Source of the DNA: Dehalococcoidia bacterium | GTDB lineage: Bacteria > Chloroflexota > Dehalococcoidia > DSTF01 > RBG-16-68-14 | Reading direction: 5' to 3' | Length of the DNA: 36,476 nt | NCBI GenBank assembly: GCA_040882355.1 | Contig: JBBEBM010000019.1 | Coordinates: forward strand, 1 to 36,476 | In this document: piece after piece, positions 10,158-17,973 of the stretch | Position numbering within the stretch: position 1 is the first letter of the stretch | Layout of the letters: each line of letters starts with the position of its first letter | The notes under the pieces: model-generated | The model's input: the letters and a program-made list of their open reading frames with translations, nothing else | Told to the model about the DNA's origin: nothing | The model's database searches: none | Translations under genes and position numbers: made by a program

Positions 10158-10352
10158 CTAGGCGGGTAGCTCGGGCTTGGTGACGGTGATCGCCTCGCGG
10201 CCGCGGTAAAAGCCACAGTAGGGGCAGGCGCGGTGGGGGAGGCGCCTGGCGTGGCACTGCGGGCACTCGCTTGTGGCGAACGTGCGCATGTGTTGGTGGC
10301 TCTGGTGCTTGCCCTGGCGCGATTTCGGCGTCTTCTTCTTGGGTACGGGCAT
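10158..10352 (-). CDS. rpmF: 50S ribosomal protein L32
   Basis: MPVPKKKT...CPQC...PHRACPYCGFYRG. Confidence 0.96.
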   Translation of the reverse strand: MPVPKKKTPKSRQGKHQSHQHMRTFATSECPQCHARRLPHRACPYCGFYRGREAITVTKPELPA

Positions 10353-10356
10353 GTTG

Positions 10357-10890
10357 CTAGCTCCCTTCTCGTTTCACTGCCAGCTCGCGGAGCGCGCTCC
10401 AGCGCACGTCTGTCTCCGGCCGGCACGCGCAGGAGCCGGGGTTGAGATCGCGGCCGCAGCGGGGGCAGAGCCCCTTGCAGTCCGGGCGGCAGAGCGGCTG
10501 GATCGATAATGCGGCTGTCCAATACTGGCGCACCGCGTCTTCCAGGTCAAGCGTGTGGTGGGCGTCGACGCGGAAGGCCTCCGGGTCCTCCGGCGGGGGC
10601 TGGCTGGCCCCGGTGTGCAGGTCGACGCGCGCAAAGTACTCCTCGCGGACCTCGAGATCGACCGGCGTATCGACGTCGCGAAGGCAGCGGCTGCACGTCT
10701 CGCGCTGGACGCCGTGCAGCGCCGCGCTGACGAAGATGCCGTCCGCCGTGCGCAGGAAGACGGCGCGGCCGGCCACGTGCTCGTGGCGCGGCTCGTCGAC
10801 GTCGATCAAGACACGGTCGTCCATCTCGTAGACGCGAGTCGCGCCGATGGGCTCGCTGAGAAGCGTGGCAACGTTGTACTGCAGAGACAT
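10357..10890 (-). CDS. yceD: DUF177/YceD family protein
   Basis: CSRCL and LCRPDCKGLCPRCG..LN...C.C motifs; conserved position upstream of rpmF. Confidence 0.9.
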   Translation of the reverse strand: MSLQYNVATLLSEPIGATRVYEMDDRVLIDVDEPRHEHVAGRAVFLRTADGIFVSAALHGVQRETCSRCLRDVDTPVDLEVREEYFARVDLHTGASQPPPEDPEAFRVDAHHTLDLEDAVRQYWTAALSIQPLCRPDCKGLCPRCGRDLNPGSCACRPETDVRWSALRELAVKREGS

Positions 10891-10978
10891 GGTGTGGTCC
10901 TGTCTTCAGGATAGGAAGCGGGAGACGCTCTCGTCAATGAAATGTTGGTGAAATGCGGCGGCAGTTGACATAGCTGTC

Positions 10979-11008
10979 TTGCGCCTCAAGCAAACCGAAG
11001 CCTATAAT
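10979..11008 (+). promoter_or_regulatory. Sigma70-type promoter for the zinc-ribbon/recombinase-like/RNase H operon
   Basis: TTGCGC-N18-TATAAT. Confidence 0.55.
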
Positions 11009-11146
11009 CGCGGCGTAGTGGGCGGCCGGCTCAGTTGAGTTCGGGCCGGCCCGCCGTCGCCTCAAGACCCAAAACCAGCTTCATGAGGCCGCCACCAGAG
11101 GGCGGCGGTGGCACCGAGACATGCAGCATCACGCTGAGATACCCAA

Positions 11147-11848
11147 GTGACTTCAATCGCAGAGCTGTACGCGCTCCAGCAGATCGATCTCGCGCTCGAC
11201 GGCCAGCGCGCGTCGCTCACCGATACCGAGTCGCGTCAGGGCGAGTCCGAGGAGCTGGTCGAAGCGCGCGCGCTGGTCGAAGAGCGACGCGAGACGCTGC
11301 GGGCGGCGGAGAAGCTGTTCAAGGAGCGTGAGTACGAGGCGGACGAGCTGACCCGCAAGATCGAGCCCGTCGAGAAGAAGCTCTACGGCGGAAAGGTCAC
11401 CAGCCCGAAGGAGCTGGAGGACCTTCAGCAGGACATCGACAGCCTGAGGCGCCGCCGTAGCGAGCTGGACGACCTGGCGCTCCAGGCCATGGAGGCGCTC
11501 GAGGAGGCGGAGCGCGCCCACGAGGAGGCCCGGCGGGCCCTGCAGCAAGTTGAAGAGAGCTCGCAGGTGGAGCAGGCCGACCTGGGCACGCGACAGGGCC
11601 AGATCGAGCAGGAGATGTCGACGCTGCAGGAGGAGCGGGCCGCGCAAGCGGAGCTTGTCGACTCCCCCTTGCTGAAGCTCTACGAGCAACTGCGCGCCTC
11701 CCGCCAGGGGCGCGGTGTTGCCAAGGTGGAGGGCGGCGCCTGCCAGGGTTGCCGCATCTCGCTCCCGATGAGTCTGGTCCAGCGCGCCCGGGCCGGCACT
11801 GAGATCGTCCAGTGCAACAACTGCGAGCGCATCCTCTACGTGAGCTGA
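11147..11848 (+). CDS. Coiled-coil C4-type zinc ribbon protein (DUF164/zf-RING_7-like)
   Basis: LYALQQID start, long coiled coil, CQGC...CNNCERILY C-terminus. Confidence 0.92.
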   Translation: MTSIAELYALQQIDLALDGQRASLTDTESRQGESEELVEARALVEERRETLRAAEKLFKEREYEADELTRKIEPVEKKLYGGKVTSPKELEDLQQDIDSLRRRRSELDDLALQAMEALEEAERAHEEARRALQQVEESSQVEQADLGTRQGQIEQEMSTLQEERAAQAELVDSPLLKLYEQLRASRQGRGVAKVEGGACQGCRISLPMSLVQRARAGTEIVQCNNCERILYVS

Positions 11849-11849
11849 G

Positions 11850-13259
11850 ATGAAGGCGGTCGGCTACTTCCGCGAGGGCGCCACGAACGGCAAGGTGGAG
11901 CCCCTCGCCAAGCAACACAAGGCCTTCCTGGAGTTCTGCGAGCGGCACGGCTACGACGTCGCCGCCACCTTCGTCGAACCGCTGGAGGCGGACGGCCAGC
12001 GGGCTGGCTTCCGCCAGCTCGTCGACTTCCTCCGTCGCCCTGAGAAAGGCTTCCTCCTCGTCGTCGCCCGCTCCCTCGAGGCGCTGGGCGGCGACATCAA
12101 GGAGGCCGCGCGGCGTTACTTCCAGCTCGAGAGCCTCGGCGCTCGCGTCGCGTTCTTCGCCAGCGCCGCCGACCCGGTGGCGCAGCTCGTGCGGGGCTGG
12201 TCGGACGAGTCGGGCAGCGCCGCCCTGAGCGAACGCGTGCGCGCCGCGATGCGCCGCAAGGCCGTTCGCGGCGAGGTGCTGGGCCGGCCGCCGTATGGCT
12301 ACAAGGTCGGCAGCCGGCGCAGGCTCGAGCTAGTGCCGGACGAGGCGGTCGTCGCTCGTTACATCTTCCGCATGTATCTCCACGAGAGCATGGGCATCCG
12401 TCTCATCGCCCGCCGCTTGAACGAGGAAGGGCTGCGCACCCGTCGCGGCGGCAACTGGAGCATGGTGAGCATCCGCGACATCCTGCGCAACCGCGTCTAC
12501 CTGGGCACCTACTCTCGCTTCGGAGTGCGCGTGCCCGGCAGCCACCCCGCCCTGATCACCCCCGACGACTTCCGCGCCGTCCAGGACCGCCTGAACGCCC
12601 GGCGCAACAACTACGGCCACCGCCAGCCCTCGCCGTTCCTGCTGGCCGGCTTGGTGCAGTGCGGACACTGCGGCAACAAGATGATCGGCGTCTCCAGGCG
12701 TCAGAGCTGGACGCGGCGCAGCGGCAGTGAGGGCAAGGCGTCATATCGCTACTACCAGTGCGAGTCGCGCACCAACCAGAGCATGTGCGACTACCACACG
12801 CAGCGCGCCGAGGCACTCGAGGAGAAGGTGCAGACAACGCTCGGCGACCTCGACGCCGACGCGCTCCTGCCCGCGGCCGGCAACGAGGCGGCGGTGCTGG
12901 GCGAGTGGGAGGGGGAGGCCCGCCGCCTGCGTACCCGCGTTCGCCAGATGGACCGCCGCCTCGATGAGTACCTGGCGGCGGCGGCCAAGCAGCGCATCAG
13001 CCGGGAGCAGCTCCAGAAGCTGAGCGTCGGTACCGCGGCGGAGCGGCTCAAGCTGGAGGAGGCGGTGGAAGGCGTGGAGCACAAGATCCGGGAGCAGTCC
13101 GACGCCAGCGAACGCCGCAAGGCCCGCGAACGCTCGCTCGCCCGGCTCCTCGACGGCTGGAAGACGCTCGCCATCGAAGAGAAGCAGACCCTGCTGCGAG
13201 AGCTGGTCGACCGCGTCGTCGTCCACGACGAGGGCGTCCAGGTGCACCTCCGGCCTTGA
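11850..13259 (+). CDS. Large serine recombinase-family protein with degenerate catalytic domain
   Basis: Resolvase-like N-terminus, GRPPYGY, IARRLN..G, ILRNRVYLG, HPALI recombinase domain, CGHCG...YYQC zinc ribbon, coiled coil; YxRxS motif reads YFREG. Confidence 0.88.
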   Translation: MKAVGYFREGATNGKVEPLAKQHKAFLEFCERHGYDVAATFVEPLEADGQRAGFRQLVDFLRRPEKGFLLVVARSLEALGGDIKEAARRYFQLESLGARVAFFASAADPVAQLVRGWSDESGSAALSERVRAAMRRKAVRGEVLGRPPYGYKVGSRRRLELVPDEAVVARYIFRMYLHESMGIRLIARRLNEEGLRTRRGGNWSMVSIRDILRNRVYLGTYSRFGVRVPGSHPALITPDDFRAVQDRLNARRNNYGHRQPSPFLLAGLVQCGHCGNKMIGVSRRQSWTRRSGSEGKASYRYYQCESRTNQSMCDYHTQRAEALEEKVQTTLGDLDADALLPAAGNEAAVLGEWEGEARRLRTRVRQMDRRLDEYLAAAAKQRISREQLQKLSVGTAAERLKLEEAVEGVEHKIREQSDASERRKARERSLARLLDGWKTLAIEEKQTLLRELVDRVVVHDEGVQVHLRP

Positions 13260-13269
13260 GCGAGGCGGA

Positions 13270-13704
13270 CTGCTGATCGCAGCCGAAGCCTCCGCCAGCG
13301 ACAGCGTCATCGCCTACGCCGACGGCGCGTCGCGCGGCAACCCCGGGCAGGCGTCGCTCGGCTTCGTCATCTACGACGGCGCCGGCCGCGAGCTGCACAC
13401 CGGCTCCCGCGCGCTCGGCCGCGCCACGAACAACGAAGCCGAGTACAACGCCGCCATCGCCGCGCTGGAGGCTGCGCTTGGCCTGGGCGCGCGACAGGTC
13501 GAGCTGCGGATGGACTCGGAGCTCGTCGTGCGACAGCTCGCCGGGCGCTACAAGGTGCGTAACCCGCGCCTCCTCTCGCTCTACAAGCGAGTGCTCGCGC
13601 TGCGCGACCGCTTCGATCGCGTCACCGCCGTCCACGTCCCGCGCGAGCAGAACCGTGTCGCCGACCGCCTCGCGAACGATGCGCTCGACCACTCCGAGCG
13701 ATGA
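13270..13704 (+). CDS. rnhA: Ribonuclease HI family protein
   Basis: Frame of ORF 13510..13704 extends upstream as ...IAYADGASRGNPG...ATNNEAEY...MDSELVVRQ...HVPREQN.VAD.LAN; start probably CTG at 13270 or 13273. Confidence 0.9.
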   Translation: MLIAAEASASDSVIAYADGASRGNPGQASLGFVIYDGAGRELHTGSRALGRATNNEAEYNAAIAALEAALGLGARQVELRMDSELVVRQLAGRYKVRNPRLLSLYKRVLALRDRFDRVTAVHVPREQNRVADRLANDALDHSER

Positions 13705-14792
13705 CCCGCCGGCCCGGGCGCAAGCCGGCGCCCCTCTACCTCGCGCACGTGGTGCCTGGGCTCGAGGAGCTCGCGTGGGAGGAGCTGCGCGAGCGCACGC
13801 CGGCCGCTCTCAGCATCGCGACGTGGTCGGGCTTCGACCGTCGCGCGGGCGCGCTGCTGTTCAGGTCGAGCGCAGACCTGGAAGACCTGCTAGCGCTACG
13901 CCTCATCGAGGACCTCTTCGCCGTCGTGGCAATGACCCGACAGCTTCCGCCCGGCCGCGCCGGTCTGCGCGTCATCGAGGGCCTGGTCGAGAAAGCGGAC
14001 ATCGATCCCGCCCTGGCGCTGCTTCGCCAGACGGGCCCGCGACGCTCCGCTGCTCGCCCCACCTACCGCGTCGTCGCGCGGACGGCGGGCGAGCAAGCCT
14101 TCCGGCGCATCGACGCGCATCGCGCCTGCCAGGTGGCGTTGGCGCAGCGCTTTCACCGCTGGCGGTTGGTGGAGGACGGCGCCGCGCTGGAGTTCTGGCT
14201 CCAGGTGGTCGGCGAAGAGGCCGCCTTCGCGCTGCGCCTTTCGAGCGCTTCGATGCGCCAGCGGACCTATCGAGACGCCAGCCTGCCCGCCGCCCTCAAG
14301 CCCACCGTCGCCCACGCGCTCGTGCGCCTGGCCCGCCCCGGACGCGGCCCGTTGCTCGACCCGATGTGCGGCACCGGTACTGTCCTCGCAGAGGCGGCTG
14401 ACGCAGGCCTCGCCGTGCTGGGCGGCGATGTCGACGCCGCAGCGCTGGAGGCGGCGCAGGCCAACCTGCGGGCGGTTGGCGCACGCGATGCGCTCGTTAG
14501 GTGGGATGCCGGACGGCTCCCGATAGCGGACGGTGCCGTGGATGCTGTCGCCTGCAACCTGCCGTGGGGCAAGCGCCATCGCATCGGCAGCCTGGACGGG
14601 CTCTATCGTCGCGTGCTCGCCGAGGCGCGACGTGTGGCGCGGGCCGGCGGGCGTATCGCGGTCCTTACGGCGGAACGAGCCGTGCTGGAGCGCATCGCCA
14701 GGAAGCAGCGAGGCCTCACCGTCGAGCGAAAGCTGGCCGTGGTCGTGCGCGGCGCTGACGCGTGGGCGTTCGTCTTTCGCAAGACCGATTGA
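13701..14792 (+). CDS. THUMP-domain SAM-dependent RNA methyltransferase (Trm11/Trm14/RlmL-like)
   Basis: PGLEEL, LKPTVAHAL, LLDPMCGTGT, CNLPWG motifs. Confidence 0.85.
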   Translation: MTRRPGRKPAPLYLAHVVPGLEELAWEELRERTPAALSIATWSGFDRRAGALLFRSSADLEDLLALRLIEDLFAVVAMTRQLPPGRAGLRVIEGLVEKADIDPALALLRQTGPRRSAARPTYRVVARTAGEQAFRRIDAHRACQVALAQRFHRWRLVEDGAALEFWLQVVGEEAAFALRLSSASMRQRTYRDASLPAALKPTVAHALVRLARPGRGPLLDPMCGTGTVLAEAADAGLAVLGGDVDAAALEAAQANLRAVGARDALVRWDAGRLPIADGAVDAVACNLPWGKRHRIGSLDGLYRRVLAEARRVARAGGRIAVLTAERAVLERIARKQRGLTVERKLAVVVRGADAWAFVFRKTD

Positions 14793-14823
14793 TTCGCCAC
14801 CGCCGCTCTCGCTAGACTGGATC

Positions 14824-15249
14824 GGAGCCAGGAGGCCGGGTGGCCGCTTCCCGCCGTCAGGCGGGGAGAGGAACGTCCGAGCTCCACCGGGCAAGGTGCC
14901 GGGTAACGCCCGGGCGGGGTGACCCGATGGAAAGTGCCACAGAAACACACCGCCCCGGGCCGGCCGGGGCCGCAAGGCCCCCAGAAACTCCCCGATGCTG
15001 TCGGGGTGGCCCGGGGTAAGGGTGAAATGGTGCGGTAAGAGCGCACCGGCGCCCTCAGTAATGCGGGCGTTGGGTAAACCCCACCTGGAGCAAGGCCAAA
15101 TAGGAGGACGGTCCGATTCGTCGGACAGGGGTGCCCGGCCCCGTCCTCGGGTAGGCTGCTAGAGCCTGTCGGTAACGGCAGGCCCAGAGAGATGGCCACC
15201 GTCCGCCTCACGGCGGATACAGAACTCGGCGTACAGGCCGCCTGGCTCC
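14824..15249 (+). ncRNA. rnpB: RNase P RNA (bacterial type A)
   Basis: P1 GGAGCCAGG/CCTGGCTCC, GAGGAACGTCCGAGCTC, GAAAGTGCCACAGAAA, GGGTGAAA..GGTAAGAGC, GGTAAACCCC..GAGCAAG, ACAGAACTCGGCGTA; followed by a T-run. Confidence 0.97.
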
Positions 15250-15301
15250 ACCCTCTTTTTCGCGAAGCGCGCGTGTGTTCTCGCTTTCCCTGGGCGAGCC
15301 C

Positions 15302-15562
15302 TCACGCGGCAGCTCGACGCTTTCCGCGCTTCACTAGCGGAATGGATATCGGGCGCCCGTCGTTCCGGCGCGCATCGTAGACGCTGAAGCCGAAGAAACC
15401 TCCGATTGTCGTGAGGAAGGGGATCGCGGCGGCCCCAATGAGCTGTCTTGCCTCCATGGACTCCGGCCCCGTCCACCCGTAGAGGAACCCCAGTGCGCCG
15501 GCGATACACGTCGCTCCGATGCCTCGTACCAAAGCTGTCTGGTGTTCTTCTCTCAGTTGCAT
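15302..15562 (-). CDS. Small membrane protein, two TM helices, basic C-terminus
   Basis: GAGGAGG RBS before ATG (MQLREEH); two hydrophobic Gly-rich segments. Confidence 0.65.
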   Translation of the reverse strand: MQLREEHQTALVRGIGATCIAGALGFLYGWTGPESMEARQLIGAAAIPFLTTIGGFFGFSVYDARRNDGRPISIPLVKRGKRRAAA

Positions 15563-15719
15563 CGTTCCGCCTCCTCGTTTCGCTGCCTGCATCCCGCAGT
15601 CCCTGCCGTTGACACTCGCATCCTGCAATGGCGCCGGCGGCTGTTCCATGAGCTGCGTCACACTGGGAGATCGCCGCGCGCTGTGTATTCGACGCGTCGG
15701 TGGAGGCGTCGGCGAGGTC

Positions 15720-15728
15720 TGCTATAAT
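15720..15728 (+). promoter_or_regulatory. Extended -10 promoter element for the aminotransferase
   Basis: TGCTATAAT about 55 nt upstream of the GTG start. Confidence 0.55.
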
Positions 15729-15783
15729 GGCTTCGATCAGCCGTCGATACGGACGTCGCGGCTTGTTCCCTGGAGCAACTGCT

Positions 15784-17133
15784 GTGACTGAAGACCCCGC
15801 AGCGCTCGTTCGATCCGACCTCGAGCATCAACTGCACCCTCAGTATCACGTCCGCGATCATGCGGACCCGATCATTTTCGTGCGCGGCGAGGGGGCGGTG
15901 CTCTGGGACATTCAGGGCCGCGAGTACATCGACGGCCTCTCCTGCCTCTGGAACGTCGCCGTCGGCCACGGACGGAAAGAGCTGGCTGAGGCCGCTGCGC
16001 GCCAGATGGGCGAGCTTGCCTTCTCGAACTCCTACGTCGGCTACGCAAACGTGCCGTCGATTCGCCTCGCCGAGCGGCTGATGGAGCTCGTCTACCCGAA
16101 CATGCAGTCGGTCTTCTTCTGCAACAGCGGCTCCGAGGCCAACGACGCCGCCTTCAAGATCGCTCGCTTTTTCTGGCACCTCCAGGGCAAGCCGGACAAG
16201 ACGAAGATCGTCGCCCGGCGCGAGGCGTATCACGGCGGCACGATGGGCGCGACGGCGGCCACCGGCCTGCCTGCCTTCCACGAGCGCTTCGGGCCGTTGC
16301 CGCCTGACTTCGTGCGGGCCGAGACCTGCTACCCGTATCGCGGCGTCTGCCACTCGGACACCGAAGCGTGTTCGCTGGCCTGCGCCGACGATATCGAGCG
16401 GGTGATCGTGCGGGAGGGGCCGGAGAGCGTCGCGGCCGTGATCGGCGAACCGGTGCACGGCGCGGGCGGCGTGATCGTCCCTTCGCCCGGCTACTGGCCG
16501 CGCGTCCGCGAGGTCTGCGATCGCCACGACGTGCTGCTCATCGCCGACGAGGTGATCACCGGGTTCGGGCGGACGGGGAAGTGGTTCGCCCTGGAGCACT
16601 GGGGCGTCCAGCCCGACTTGATGACCGTCGCCAAGGCGATCACCAGCGCTTACGTGCCGCTCGCCGGCATTATCGTCTCGAAGCGCATACACCAGGCGTT
16701 CATGGATGCGCCGCCGGAGGCGAAGTTCATGCACGGCTACACGAACGCCGGCCATCCGACCGCCTGCGCCGTCGCACTGCGCAACCTGCAGATCTTCGAG
16801 GACGAGGGCCTCGTCGAGCGGGCCGCCGCACTGGGCGAGCGGCTCCATCGCGGCCTGCGCTCGCTCGCGTCCCTCCCGAATGTCGGAGATGTACGTGGCC
16901 TGGGGCTGATCGCAGGAGTGGAGCTAACGGCCGATAAGAAGACTAGGACGCCCTTCGACCCGAAGGAGAACGTAGGAGGGCGCGTGCTGCGCGAGATGCG
17001 CCAGCGAGGGCTGCTCACCCGTGTGAAGGGCGACAGCATCCTGCTCGCGCCGCCCTTCGTGACGACTGAGGCGCAAATCGATAGAATTGTTCAAGTGCTA
17101 GGGGATTCAATCAAAAGCGTTGTTGGGGTATAA
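15784..17133 (+). CDS. Class III PLP aminotransferase (omega-amino acid/BioA-like)
   Basis: SGSEAND, AYHG, EPVHGAGG, LLIADEVITGFGRTG, AKAITS; GTG start with GGAG RBS. Confidence 0.93.
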   Translation: MTEDPAALVRSDLEHQLHPQYHVRDHADPIIFVRGEGAVLWDIQGREYIDGLSCLWNVAVGHGRKELAEAAARQMGELAFSNSYVGYANVPSIRLAERLMELVYPNMQSVFFCNSGSEANDAAFKIARFFWHLQGKPDKTKIVARREAYHGGTMGATAATGLPAFHERFGPLPPDFVRAETCYPYRGVCHSDTEACSLACADDIERVIVREGPESVAAVIGEPVHGAGGVIVPSPGYWPRVREVCDRHDVLLIADEVITGFGRTGKWFALEHWGVQPDLMTVAKAITSAYVPLAGIIVSKRIHQAFMDAPPEAKFMHGYTNAGHPTACAVALRNLQIFEDEGLVERAAALGERLHRGLRSLASLPNVGDVRGLGLIAGVELTADKKTRTPFDPKENVGGRVLREMRQRGLLTRVKGDSILLAPPFVTTEAQIDRIVQVLGDSIKSVVGV

Positions 17134-17134
17134 T
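17106..17134 (+). promoter_or_regulatory. Promoter for a probably leaderless PAP2 mRNA
   Basis: TTCAAT-N17-TATAAT overlapping the aminotransferase stop, 6 nt before GTG 17141. Confidence 0.5.
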
Positions 17135-17140
17135 AGCACC

Positions 17141-17917
17141 GTGCAAGGGCAACAGGACGCAGTCTTGCAGCAAGAACAGAACCGCGGCTGGTGGTGGTTC
17201 CCGGAGCGCGGCATCGCCCGGACCCTGCTGGAGCTTCTCATCGTCGTTCCCGCGTATGCGCTCTACCAGCTCGTGCGGGGCACGGTGGACGGCCGCACGT
17301 CGGAGGCGTTCCATCGCGCCGCCACCGTCGTCGATGTGGAGCAGGCGCTGGGCATCTTCTGGGAGGCGGAGCTTCAGAGTCTCGTAGCCACCCAGGAGCT
17401 GGCCGTCCGGGCGGTCAACACGATCTACGTCTGGGGCCACCTGCCCTTGATCATCATCGTCGCGATCTGGCTCTTCAGCTTCCACCGCAGCCGCTACGCG
17501 CTCTTCCGCAACGCTTTCCTCATCTCGGGCGCTATCGCCCTGTTCTTCTTCTGGCTGGCGCCAACCGCGCCGCCGCGCTACCTGCAGTATTGGGGCTTCG
17601 TCGATACCGCGGTAAGCTCGGGCTCATACTACTTCTTCCAGCCTCCTGCGTTCGTCAACCAGTACGCGGCGATGCCCAGTCTCCACTTCGGCTGGAGCCT
17701 GCTCGCCGCCATCGCCATCTTCGCGAACCTGCGCGCCCCGTTTCGGTACGTCGCCCTGGTGATGCCGGTCTTTACTCTGGCGGGCATCGTCCTGACCGGC
17801 AACCACTTCTTCCTCGACGCCGTTGCCGGCGGCGCCGTGGCCTGCACCGGACTGTGGGTCGCCTATCAGCTTCACGCCCGCCTCCCTCGATACAAGCCGT
17901 TCACCGTCCTCACCTAG
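17141..17917 (+). CDS. PAP2-family membrane protein (AUR1/IPC-synthase-like, PAP2_3)
   Basis: PTAPPRY, NQYAAMPSLHFGW, GNHFFLDAVAG motifs. Confidence 0.88.
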   Translation: MQGQQDAVLQQEQNRGWWWFPERGIARTLLELLIVVPAYALYQLVRGTVDGRTSEAFHRAATVVDVEQALGIFWEAELQSLVATQELAVRAVNTIYVWGHLPLIIIVAIWLFSFHRSRYALFRNAFLISGAIALFFFWLAPTAPPRYLQYWGFVDTAVSSGSYYFFQPPAFVNQYAAMPSLHFGWSLLAAIAIFANLRAPFRYVALVMPVFTLAGIVLTGNHFFLDAVAGGAVACTGLWVAYQLHARLPRYKPFTVLT

Positions 17918-17973
17918 CCCGCTGGCGGCCCCGGCTCCCCTCGTGCGACAATAGGGTCAGGAGTTGATCCTCC

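Noticed and set aside
11100..11125. T-box antiterminator (GGTGGCACCG) or Cas9 tracrRNA-like GTGGCACCGAG
   Set aside because: No stem I/specifier or terminator, downstream gene not amino-acid related, no cas genes; short match likely by chance
11850..13259. Active integrase of a prophage or genomic island
   Set aside because: Catalytic Ser and Arg motifs absent; no att-like direct repeats or mobile cargo seen; flanked by housekeeping genes
14868..15235. Unusual rnpB P4 sequence (GAACGTCCGAG instead of GAAAGTCCGGG) as a defect
   Set aside because: The 3' strand CTCGGCGT carries compensatory changes, so pairing is preserved
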